This document shows positions 30,029-37,998 of a stretch of DNA of 63,734 nt, in pieces. The notes under the pieces are model-generated. The model searched no databases. It saw only the letters and a list, made by a program, of their open reading frames with translations, and had not been told where the DNA came from. Positions within the stretch are counted from its first letter, which is position 1; each line of letters begins with the position of its first letter. The position numbers were made by a program, and so were the translations under genes. The DNA is taken from NCBI GenBank assembly GCA_022508745.1, contig JAFLUP010000002.1, positions 1 through 63,734 of the forward strand, given 5' to 3'. This DNA comes from Oscillospiraceae bacterium (lineage in GTDB: Bacteria; Bacillota; Clostridia; Oscillospirales; CAG-382).

Positions 30029-31978
30029 ATGAAAAAGATCGGTTGTTTCCTGCTGTGTGCGCTTTTGATGGTGACCGCCGTGTCCGGCGCGATGCTTCCC
30101 ACTTCGGCGGAAGAAAGCTCGCAAGCGAGCGCGCAAGAAAGTGCCTTTCGGCTTTCCGGCGTTTCGGATGTGACGGGGGCGGACGGCACGCGCAGCTATC
30201 AGGTATATGCGCCTTACACGGATACGTATAGCCTTTCCTCCAAGGACACCGTTTCCATCTCCCTTTCGAAAGAGGGCGAGATTCTGGCGGAAGGGGAGAC
30301 TTCCCTCACGGCAGAGCTGACAGAGGGTGCGGTCTACACGCTTACCGTCCAAACGGAGCAGGCGAATTCCCCCTTCGTTCTGGCGGCGCAGGCGGACAAT
30401 CATCTGATCACCCTGCCCTACGACGTGGGGGAGCCGGTGGACGTTTCCTCCATCCCGCTGGAAGGGGATGGGAGCGACCCGCTGAAGGCCGCGGAGGTCA
30501 GCTACCAGAAGCGCGGCGGCGGTACTTATATCTATTGCAACAACCCGGAGAGCATCCCGGCGGAGATGGTAGGGAACGCCTTCATCCGCACCGAGAACCT
30601 CACCGGGGACGTGTACTTTACCTTTGAGCACTCCAACCATGCCGGATACCCCATTTATCTGGGGTACCAGCTCAAGAACACCGGGGACAGCGACGTGTAT
30701 GTCACGGTGACGAACATCGGCTACCAGACGGTGGGCACCTGGCTGGGGCAGGAGGCGTGGGATGATTTTTACAACGTGTCCTTCCAACTGCCGGACTACT
30801 ATTTTGAAAACATCGGGCAGTATGCGGCGGATTACGGATATGTGGAGTACACCGCCCGTGTCTTTCAGCCGGTCACCTACCGGCTGCCCGCGGGGGAATA
30901 TTTCTACGTGATCGGCGGCACCACCGAGGACGCATATCAGCACATCAGCGTGGACGGCACCGCCGACGTGCCTGTGGAGAGCGTCCGCTGCGCCAGCGGG
31001 AATGTGAAATTTACCGTCACGGGCGGCAGCGTCACCGGCTCGTTCTACGCGTACAGCGATATTGCGCAGGTGAAAGCGGAGCCGGAGCAGTTGGGATACG
31101 TTGCCGGCGAGTTCGCCCGTCAGTATGTCGGTGCGATGGATCACGCGGGGGTGGTGGACAGTTACATCACCTGGACTTTCAGCGACAAAACCCGGGGCGG
31201 CGCCCTTCCTGTGACCTATACCGTCTCCTATGACGAGAACCTTCCCGCCGTCGCCGACCCGTACACGGCGTACAACAGCACGCCGCATACCGTGAACGGG
31301 AAAAACTGGGTGACGCATCTGAACCCGCAAAACGAGCATAAGGCCATCGGGTCGGATATGGTGGCGTTTTCCTGCGTGGATCAAAACGGAAACAAGGTCG
31401 TCCTCGACAACGATCACGCGGACGGCGCGGGGAAACCGGGCAACTTCGGCAACTGGATGATCGAATATCAGGATCATTTTACCCTTGTCAACCAAGGGGA
31501 TACCGACCGCGTGGTGACGTTGACCACCAAGGACAACGGCTCCCTTGCGATGCTGGCGCGGGACGGCGTTACCGGCGAGATCCTGCAGGCGGACCTGACG
31601 GTTCGGAACAGCCGGGAATCGAATTACGCATATGAAGTGACCGTTCCGGCGCACAGCGTCAAGCAGATCACGCTGGATTATGTGCTGCTGGGCAATTCCT
31701 ACGGCTGCGTCGTGCATGCCGCGACCCTTTCCCGCTACGTCAAACCCGCGGTGGATCCCTCCGAGGACGTTTCCGGCGAGGAGAGTGGAGAACCCTCCGG
31801 CGGGGGCGAAGCATCCACCTCCGACGGCGCAGAGGAATCTGTTTCCGACGGCTCCGAAGAGGACGCCGGAGCGGGGAAAAGCAATCCGGCGCTGCTCATC
31901 GCGATCCCTGCGCTGGTAGTTGCCGCCGGTGTTGTCGTGGCGGTCCTGTGCGTCAGAAAACGCAAGCATAAGGGATAA
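30029..31978 (+). CDS. Large secreted, C-terminally anchored surface protein, unknown function
   Basis: Start MKKIGCFLLCALLMVTAVSGA after AAGGAG. Ectodomain of about 560 aa, acidic S/E/G stalk, TM helix LLIAIPALVVAAGVVVAVLCV and RKRKHKG tail. Confidence 0.75.
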   Translation: MKKIGCFLLCALLMVTAVSGAMLPTSAEESSQASAQESAFRLSGVSDVTGADGTRSYQVYAPYTDTYSLSSKDTVSISLSKEGEILAEGETSLTAELTEGAVYTLTVQTEQANSPFVLAAQADNHLITLPYDVGEPVDVSSIPLEGDGSDPLKAAEVSYQKRGGGTYIYCNNPESIPAEMVGNAFIRTENLTGDVYFTFEHSNHAGYPIYLGYQLKNTGDSDVYVTVTNIGYQTVGTWLGQEAWDDFYNVSFQLPDYYFENIGQYAADYGYVEYTARVFQPVTYRLPAGEYFYVIGGTTEDAYQHISVDGTADVPVESVRCASGNVKFTVTGGSVTGSFYAYSDIAQVKAEPEQLGYVAGEFARQYVGAMDHAGVVDSYITWTFSDKTRGGALPVTYTVSYDENLPAVADPYTAYNSTPHTVNGKNWVTHLNPQNEHKAIGSDMVAFSCVDQNGNKVVLDNDHADGAGKPGNFGNWMIEYQDHFTLVNQGDTDRVVTLTTKDNGSLAMLARDGVTGEILQADLTVRNSRESNYAYEVTVPAHSVKQITLDYVLLGNSYGCVVHAATLSRYVKPAVDPSEDVSGEESGEPSGGGEASTSDGAEESVSDGSEEDAGAGKSNPALLIAIPALVVAAGVVVAVLCVRKRKHKG

Positions 31979-31997
31979 CCGGCAGGAGCGCGCGAGC

Positions 31998-32092
31998 GTG
32001 ATCGACAACTACGCCACGTGGACCTTCAGCGACGAGAGGCGGACTATCTGCTGATGAAGCGGCACGTATTGGGCACTTACAGGATCTCATAA
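31998..32092 (+). pseudogene. Deletion relic of a dockerin-bearing paralogue of the 30029 gene
   Basis: VIDNYATWTFSDE (31998-) parallels VVDSYITWTFSDK inside the upstream gene. It is joined out of frame to DYLLMKRHVLGTYRIS* (32042-32092), the last part of a dockerin repeat. Confidence 0.7.
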
Positions 32093-32110
32093 GAAGAACA
32101 AACAAAGAAC

Positions 32111-32140
32111 GGGAGAGGCGTTTGCCTCTCCCGAACTTTT
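32111..32140. terminator. Bidirectional intrinsic terminator
   Basis: GGGAGAGGC gttt GCCTCTCCC with T-rich tracts on both strands. Lies between the relic and the convergent lipoprotein gene. Confidence 0.8.
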
Positions 32141-32153
32141 ATGTGTGGCCGGA

Positions 32154-32915
32154 TTACAGCCCCTGGAACATGGAGTAACAGTCGCTGGGGGAACCCGTGC
32201 TGGTGATGGTGATGATGGCCATGTAGTTGCCCACCTTGATGCAGACGGCGGTTTCGTGCAGCGTGACCCCCTGCAGGCTGCCGCTGACGTGGATCGCAGG
32301 ATGTTCGCCGCCGGCGAAGTTGATGGTTTCGATATTGGTGGTGACACCCGTCATGCCCATGGATTCCAGCATGGGAGCCATCTGGGGGGCGGCAAGATTC
32401 GCATACTGCTGCTCGTCCAGCGTCGAGCCGTACATTGCGCCCAGATCCTCCAGCCCGATGTTGATGTTGGTGGCCCCGCTGTCCTTCTGTGCGTAGAAGA
32501 CGATGACGGTTTGACCGCTGGTCAGCAGCTCGGCGAGGGTTTCGTTGTTTACCATGGCGGCGGTCAAGCCGAGGAGTTGAGCGATCTGCTCGCGGTTAAA
32601 CACTTCCCACTCGTTCCCCACCTTGCAGCTGAGACCGATGAAATCGTTCTTATAGGTGTTGGTGCCTTCATTAAAGGCGCCCATGATGTCGTCTTTGGGT
32701 ACCTTGTTTTCCGGGTTGCTTTGGGAGGTGTTCGGTTCTGTGCCGGAGTTGTCTTGGGACGTACCCGGGAGGGAGCCAAGACCGCCGATTCCGGTGGGCA
32801 CGGAGTTGTCGGAATTGTCAGAAGCGGGTTCTCCTTTGTCGTCATCGCAGGCGGTCATGGCGAGCATCGTCACAAGCATCGCCGCGAGAAGGAGGCATGC
32901 AAGAAGTTTTTTCAT
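32154..32915 (-). CDS. Lipoprotein, unknown function
   Basis: Lipobox LAMTAC, S/D/N/G-rich linker, then a domain of about 180 aa. Confidence 0.75.
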   Translation of the reverse strand: MKKLLACLLLAAMLVTMLAMTACDDDKGEPASDNSDNSVPTGIGGLGSLPGTSQDNSGTEPNTSQSNPENKVPKDDIMGAFNEGTNTYKNDFIGLSCKVGNEWEVFNREQIAQLLGLTAAMVNNETLAELLTSGQTVIVFYAQKDSGATNINIGLEDLGAMYGSTLDEQQYANLAAPQMAPMLESMGMTGVTTNIETINFAGGEHPAIHVSGSLQGVTLHETAVCIKVGNYMAIITITSTGSPSDCYSMFQGL

Positions 32916-32949
32916 GTTTTTTCTCCTGTGGGTTTTATTGATTGTTTTT

Positions 32950-34959
32950 TTATCGTTCGACTTCGGTGATCAGCGTGACCACCACGGGTTTGCGGCGGGT
33001 CTTTTGGTAGATGATGTTGAACATATCGTCCTTCAGGCGCGCGCCGAGGGCGGTGGGGTCTGTCAGACCGCGATCCAGAGATTTTTGCAGGAATTTGTGC
33101 GCCATGTCCGTCAGATACCGGAGCAGCTCCTCGCTTTCCTTGACATAGACGAACCCGCGGGTGACGATCTCCGGCCCGAAGGCGAGCTCGCCCTCGCCGT
33201 CGATCCCCGCCGTGATGAACACCACGCCGCTCTCGGATAGGTTGGTGCGGTCCCGCAGAACGGCGGATTCCACGCCGTCCCCGCCGCCGCTGTCGATCAT
33301 GACCTGACCCGCTTCCACGCTTCCGGCGGTATGGATACCGTTTGCATCCAGCTCAATGATGCGCCCCGCTTCCGGGAGCAGGACGTTCTTGTCCTTGGTG
33401 CCCAACTCTTTGGCGAGGTTCGCGTGCGCCACCAGATGTTTGTATTCGCCATGCAGCGGCACGAAACACTCCGCGTGCACCAGGCTGTGCATCAGCTTCA
33501 ATTCCTCCCGGCAGGCGTGACCGGAGACGTGTACGTCGTCCGTGCGGTCGGTGATGACCGCCACATTGCGCTTGTACAGCTCGTTGATGATGGTCGTTAC
33601 CAGTTTTTCGTTGCCGGGGATGCAGGAGGCGGAGAGCACCACCAGATCCGTCGGTCCCAAAGAGACCATGGGGTGCGCGCCGAACGCCATTCGGTAGAGG
33701 GCGCTCATGGGCTCGCCCTGACTGCCGGTGGTGATGATCGCCAGTTTTTCCGGCGGGTAGTACTTGCAATCCGCCAGATCAATGACCAGCCCCTCCGGGA
33801 TGGTGATATAGCCCAGCTCCTGTGCGGCGCGCAGAACGTTCTGCAGGCTTCTGCCGGTAAGGGCGACCTTCCGCTGGCAGCGGGCGCAGGCTTCCAAAAT
33901 CTGCTGTACCCGATGCACGTTGGAGGAGAAGGTGGCGATGACCACTCGCCGCGCGTCGTCGTTGAAAATGCGGTCGAAGGAGGCGGTCAGCGTGCTTTCG
34001 CTGGGGGTGTAGCCCGCCCGTTCGGCGTTGGTGGAATCGCACAGCAGCAGCCGGACCCCTTGTTTGCCCAGCTCCGCGAAGCGACCCAGATCAATGGGGG
34101 TGGTGCCGATGGGGGTGAAGTCGATCTTGAAATCCCCCGTGTGGATGATGCGCCCTTGGGGGGTGGTGATGCAGAGCGCCACCGCGTCCGGCATGGAATG
34201 GTTGACATGGATGAATTCCACGTCGAAGGCGCCGAGGGTGATGATCTCCCCCGCGCGCACCTCGTAAAGATCCTCGGTGCGGATGTTGTGCTCGGACAGC
34301 TTGCCGTCCAGGATTCCCAGGGTCAGGCGGGTGCCGTACACGTCGCACTTGACCTTCTTAAGCAGGTAGGGGACCGCGCCGATGTGGTCCTCGTGCCCGT
34401 GGGTCAGTACCAATCCCCGCAGCTTGTGTTCGTTGCGCTGGAGATAGGTGAAATCCGGCGTGACCACGTCCACCCCCGGCATATCCTCCCGGGGGAAGGA
34501 GATGCCGCAGTCCACCAGCAGGATGTCGCTTTCGTACTCGAACGCGGTGATGTTCATGCCGATCCCGTCCACCCCGCCCAGCGGGATGATCTTGACGGGG
34601 GACCGCGCCGTATGTGCCTTTTGCGCGGCATTTTTGCGGCGACCTGCCTCCGAGGGGACTTCCGGCACGGAGGAGTGGGAAATGCGGGGCTGGGGCGCTT
34701 GCATCGTCTGCGCAGAAGATTTCGCTTGCGCGGCAGGTTTTTCCTGCTTCTTTTTCGGCGTGCGCTCGCTTGCGGCGTTCTTTTTGGCGGGAGTTTTCTC
34801 CGCCGGCGCATTTCCGGCGGTTTTCCTGCCTTGCCGCTTGGCAGACGCCGTGTCCCGCACGCGGTCGGGCTTGCGTTCCGGTTCCGCCTTGTTCTTTTTG
34901 GTTTTCCGGGTCTTCGCGTTTTCCTGCGCGGAGGCTTCCCGGTTGATCTTTTTTCTCAT
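32950..34959 (-). CDS. rnj: Ribonuclease J with ~120-aa basic N-terminal extension
   Basis: Metallo-beta-lactamase motif HGHEDHIG, beta-CASP and C-terminal domain. The ATG at 34959 has a strong RBS AAAGGAGAA. Confidence 0.93.
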   Translation of the reverse strand: MRKKINREASAQENAKTRKTKKNKAEPERKPDRVRDTASAKRQGRKTAGNAPAEKTPAKKNAASERTPKKKQEKPAAQAKSSAQTMQAPQPRISHSSVPEVPSEAGRRKNAAQKAHTARSPVKIIPLGGVDGIGMNITAFEYESDILLVDCGISFPREDMPGVDVVTPDFTYLQRNEHKLRGLVLTHGHEDHIGAVPYLLKKVKCDVYGTRLTLGILDGKLSEHNIRTEDLYEVRAGEIITLGAFDVEFIHVNHSMPDAVALCITTPQGRIIHTGDFKIDFTPIGTTPIDLGRFAELGKQGVRLLLCDSTNAERAGYTPSESTLTASFDRIFNDDARRVVIATFSSNVHRVQQILEACARCQRKVALTGRSLQNVLRAAQELGYITIPEGLVIDLADCKYYPPEKLAIITTGSQGEPMSALYRMAFGAHPMVSLGPTDLVVLSASCIPGNEKLVTTIINELYKRNVAVITDRTDDVHVSGHACREELKLMHSLVHAECFVPLHGEYKHLVAHANLAKELGTKDKNVLLPEAGRIIELDANGIHTAGSVEAGQVMIDSGGGDGVESAVLRDRTNLSESGVVFITAGIDGEGELAFGPEIVTRGFVYVKESEELLRYLTDMAHKFLQKSLDRGLTDPTALGARLKDDMFNIIYQKTRRKPVVVTLITEVER

Positions 34960-35090
34960 AGTTCTCCTTTTTCGTTTTTTGATGGGGTCGTATCTTTTGC
35001 CGCGGAGGAAGGCTGCTTTGCAGTTCCTTCACGGTTACTCATAAAAATGTACGGGTGGAAATCACCATGGAAAATCCACTCAATCATACT

Positions 35091-35119
35091 ATCATACGCT
35101 ATTTTTTCGATTTTGTCAA
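35091..35119 (-). promoter_or_regulatory. Sigma-A-type promoter of rnj
   Basis: On the minus strand: TTGACA (35119-35114), 17 bp spacer, TATGAT (35096-35091). Confidence 0.7.
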
Positions 35120-35216
35120 GAGGGAGGCTTTCAATTTGCGGTTTTGCGCTGTCTCCGGCGGAAAACTGTGCAAAGAAACGAATTTGGCAGAAAGCTTAAA
35201 ATTTTTATTAAAACTA

Positions 35217-35245
35217 TTGACAAATATGTATTTTGTGTTTACACT
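35217..35245 (+). promoter_or_regulatory. Promoter-like element in the AT-rich island (target unclear)
   Basis: TTGACA (35217-35222), 17 bp spacer, TACACT (35240-35245). Confidence 0.4.
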
Positions 35246-35323
35246 GAAAAAAAGAAAATATACAAAGAAAGGGAACGCTTTTATAAAAAGAAAGATTTGT
35301 TTATTCGCATTTTTGGTACATAT

Positions 35324-35452
35324 ATGTTGAGTGAGAAGGCTTTGGAAGCCGCCGATGTAAGCCACGATGGAAAAGTAAATGCGATTGATTATTTATATGT
35401 GAATCGATTTGTGTTAGGGACATTATATTTTCCGCCGTATTACGTAGATTGA
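35324..35452 (+). pseudogene. Relic of a dockerin gene 3' end (single repeat)
   Basis: MLSEKALEAADVSHDGKVNAIDYLYVNRFVLGTLYF... carries one dockerin-type repeat only. It has no RBS and no signal peptide, and sits in very AT-rich DNA. Confidence 0.55.
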
Positions 35453-35547
35453 ACTTACATCTTCGAGAAACTCCCTCTCTTTGAACAGGTAAGGGAGCCA
35501 ACTGCAACTGATAACGGGCAACAAATCGGAAAGGGGTTTGTACATAC

Positions 35548-36243
35548 ATGAAAACATTCAAAATACGGTTGCTGGCGGCAGCATTGACCGCAGCGCTTCT
35601 CGTCGGCTGTTTTGCTGTTTGCGGGTTTGCAGTAACGGTAGATAGCCTCGGTGATGACCACAAAGAGTACGGTGAACGGCTGTATGGTGACGTCAATCTG
35701 AATGGGGAAGTCGACGCGGTCGATTATATGCTGGTCAAGCGTGCGGCGATGGGAACCTATGATCTTTCGAGACAAGGTTTTTGTTTGGCTGACATCAATC
35801 AAAACGGTAAAATTGACGCGTTAGACTATTTGCGGATCAAGCGTTCCTTCCTTGGCACTGCCGCACCGCTCGGCTTCGCTCCGCCGCGTGAATTGACCGC
35901 GAGAGCCGTAGACGCTCTGACGGATGAGGAGCTCTACGAACGGATCGACAAAGAGATCGCCAAGGCGATAGATTTATTAGATTTAGAAGTGATCTACTTC
36001 AGTTTCCAACGCATCGTGCGGAAAACGTACGCTGAAGAAGTTTTGGCTTCGTTGGGTCTGCCGGACGATCTTGACGATAAATCTTTTTATCCCCAATACG
36101 GGTGGTGGTTTAACGGACCTTTTGAAGTTTGCATGAACGTTCCGGATGCGGATTCCTTGCGGGATCTCCTGTTCAAGCTATATCGCTGCGCCGAGATCAT
36201 AGACTTGATTTGGATCGGACATGTATACGCTCCCTTAGCGTAA
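35548..36243 (+). CDS. Secreted dockerin-domain protein with unknown C-terminal domain
   Basis: Signal peptide. Duplicated repeat DVNLNGEVDAVDYMLVKRAAMGTY / DINQNGKIDALDYLRIKRSFLGT. The remaining ~130 aa are unassigned. RBS GGAAAGGGG. Confidence 0.8.
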   Translation: MKTFKIRLLAAALTAALLVGCFAVCGFAVTVDSLGDDHKEYGERLYGDVNLNGEVDAVDYMLVKRAAMGTYDLSRQGFCLADINQNGKIDALDYLRIKRSFLGTAAPLGFAPPRELTARAVDALTDEELYERIDKEIAKAIDLLDLEVIYFSFQRIVRKTYAEEVLASLGLPDDLDDKSFYPQYGWWFNGPFEVCMNVPDADSLRDLLFKLYRCAEIIDLIWIGHVYAPLA

Positions 36244-36272
36244 GTGAAACTGTCATATAAAATATACCGGTC

Positions 36273-36309
36273 AAAAGGGTTGTCGTGCTTGTGCGACAAC
36301 CCTTTTTTA
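36273..36309 (+). terminator. Intrinsic terminator
   Basis: AAAAGGGTTGTCG / CGACAACCCTTTT stem followed by a T-run. Confidence 0.9.
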
Positions 36310-36370
36310 TGGTTTCCGTCGAAGGAAAGCCGCAGGATGGAGTGCTACGGTTTGATTTTTGAAAATGCGG

Positions 36371-36399
36371 TTGACAAGATTCGCCTTCGTCGGTATAAT
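36371..36399 (+). promoter_or_regulatory. Consensus sigma-A promoter of the 36435 gene
   Basis: TTGACA (36371-36376), 17 bp spacer, TATAAT (36394-36399). Confidence 0.8.
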
Positions 36400-36434
36400 C
36401 AGGGGAGAAAGCATCGGAAAGGCAGGAAAATCGC

Positions 36435-37001
36435 ATGAGAAAAAATCGGCAAGCGAAGCGTCAAGCGCTGGAGGTGATTCGCTATGTGGAATCGCTGCGG
36501 GACGAGGAAGGGCGCGCTTGCATCGACGTGATGCTGCGTGAGGACACGGAGCTGTACGACCCGCTGTCCGTCGGGGAAAATCTGGATCTGAACGGCGAGA
36601 TTTACGAATTTATCGATACGCAGGCGAATATCGTTTCCTCCCATATCCCGCTGCGGATCCGTTTTCGCGGGCGCGAAGTCTCGCCGCAGGAGCAGGAGAC
36701 GATCCGGCAGATCATGCGGCGGCATTACACGATATGTTCTTACGACGTCGTTTGGGATATGGCGGCAAATCTGCGGAAGATGCTCTGCTTTGCGTTGTTC
36801 GGCGCGGCGGTGCTGGCGATCTATCTTTCTCTCGTGTTTACGAACCACAGACCGCTTTCCGCGGAGATTCTCTCCATCATCGGCTCGTTTTCCCTGTGGG
36901 AAGCGGCGGACGCGCTTCTGATCGAGCGCCCGCGGCTGCGGCGGGAATACGCAAATATGATGCAGAACATTCACCAGACCGTGGAATTTGCGGAAGAGTA
37001 G
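36435..37001 (+). CDS. Two-TM membrane protein, unknown function
   Basis: 188 aa. Soluble N-terminal half, then helices MLCFALFGAAVLAIYLSLVF and ILSIIGSFSLWEAADALLI. Perfect promoter and own terminator. Confidence 0.65.
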   Translation: MRKNRQAKRQALEVIRYVESLRDEEGRACIDVMLREDTELYDPLSVGENLDLNGEIYEFIDTQANIVSSHIPLRIRFRGREVSPQEQETIRQIMRRHYTICSYDVVWDMAANLRKMLCFALFGAAVLAIYLSLVFTNHRPLSAEILSIIGSFSLWEAADALLIERPRLRREYANMMQNIHQTVEFAEE

Positions 37002-37014
37002 GATTTCCACGGGA

Positions 37015-37065
37015 AAGGCGCTCTGTGGGCCTGTATGGGCAGGCTTGCAGAGCGCCTTTTGTTTG
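37015..37065 (+). terminator. Intrinsic terminator
   Basis: 11-bp stem AAGGCGCTCTG / CAGAGCGCCTT followed by TTTTGTTT. Confidence 0.8.
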
Positions 37066-37069
37066 AACC

Positions 37070-37837
37070 CTACGGTTTGCGGAATAACTGTACCCAGTAG
37101 AGCCCGTGCTGTCCGACGGCGACGCCGACGCCCAGCTCCGTGTAGTCGGCGCTTAAAATGTTGGCGCGGTGCCCGGAGGAGTTCATCCATGCGTTCATGA
37201 CTTCCTCCGGCGTAGACTGTCCGGCGGCGATGTTTTCCCCGGCGCTGCGGTAGGAAACGCCGAATTGCTTCAGCATCTCGAAGGGGGTGCCGTAGGTGGG
37301 GGAGGTGTGGTCAAAGTAATGGTTCTCCGCCATGTCCTCCGCCTTCAACGTCGCGAGTTCGCACAGCTTGTCCGAGAGGGTCAGAGGTGCGAGTCCGTTT
37401 TTGGCGCGCTGTTCGTTGACCAGCCGCAGGATTTCCTGTGCTTCGGAAGCGGTTTGTCCGGTTTGCCCGCCGTTCCCTTCGGTGGGTTCAGAAGATCCCG
37501 ATTGTCCGTTGTTCGTTCCCGTCTGTGGGAGTTGAGCGGTTCCTAAAATGATCTCCTTGAGCAGGAGGAAATCCTGTTCGTCGATGGTTCCGTCCTTGTT
37601 CAGGTCTGCGCACAGGCGCTGGGCGGGGGTCAAAGCGTAAGTTCCCAGCACGAAGCGCTTGAGCAGGAGGTAATCCTGTGCATCGATGTGCCCGTCCAGC
37701 GTAAGATCGCCGAGGGCGCCCGGTTCGCCGGATGCGCTCGCTGTCAGCGGCGATGCCGCAAGCAGCAGCGTCAGCAAAAACAGCGCGGCAAAGCACGCGG
37801 AAAGGCATCGAAAGACGCGATTGCGTTGTTTTTTCAT
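37070..37837 (-). CDS. Secreted dockerin + CAP/SCP (YkwD-like) domain protein
   Basis: Signal peptide. DLTLDGHIDAQDYLLLKRFVLGTY / DLNKDGTIDEQDFLLLKEIILGT. CAP strings YFDHTSPTYG, AGENIAAG, WMNSSGHRANIL. Confidence 0.85.
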   Translation of the reverse strand: MKKQRNRVFRCLSACFAALFLLTLLLAASPLTASASGEPGALGDLTLDGHIDAQDYLLLKRFVLGTYALTPAQRLCADLNKDGTIDEQDFLLLKEIILGTAQLPQTGTNNGQSGSSEPTEGNGGQTGQTASEAQEILRLVNEQRAKNGLAPLTLSDKLCELATLKAEDMAENHYFDHTSPTYGTPFEMLKQFGVSYRSAGENIAAGQSTPEEVMNAWMNSSGHRANILSADYTELGVGVAVGQHGLYWVQLFRKP

Positions 37838-37931
37838 GTGAATCCTTCCTTTCGTTGTTTTAGGTATTTAGTATGCCACCGTTTTGCGCTCTTTTTTGCG
37901 CGAAATATCTGCCAACCGTCTTTTGCTTTTA

Positions 37932-37960
37932 TTGACAAGATGAAAAAAACGTGCTATACT
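37932..37960 (+). promoter_or_regulatory. Sigma-A-type promoter of hydrolase-murF-ddl
   Basis: TTGACA (37932-37937), 17 bp spacer, TGcTATACT (-10 at 37955-37960). Confidence 0.7.
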
Positions 37961-37998
37961 GAAAATGGAAAAACATGGGGACGGGAGGCGAGCGCCGC

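Noticed and set aside
31998-32092. Possible diversity-generating retroelement template/variable repeat pair (similarity to 31150-31190 of the upstream gene).
   Set aside because: Differences are not adenine-specific, there is no reverse transcriptase or accessory gene nearby, and the copy is fused out of frame to a dockerin tail. A deletion relic of a paralogue explains it better.
35144-35452. 102-aa track ORF as an intact gene.
   Set aside because: Its N-terminal two-thirds is K/F/I-rich translation of AT-rich DNA that contains a promoter-like element. Only the last ~40 codons look protein-like (one dockerin repeat), so it is treated as a relic.
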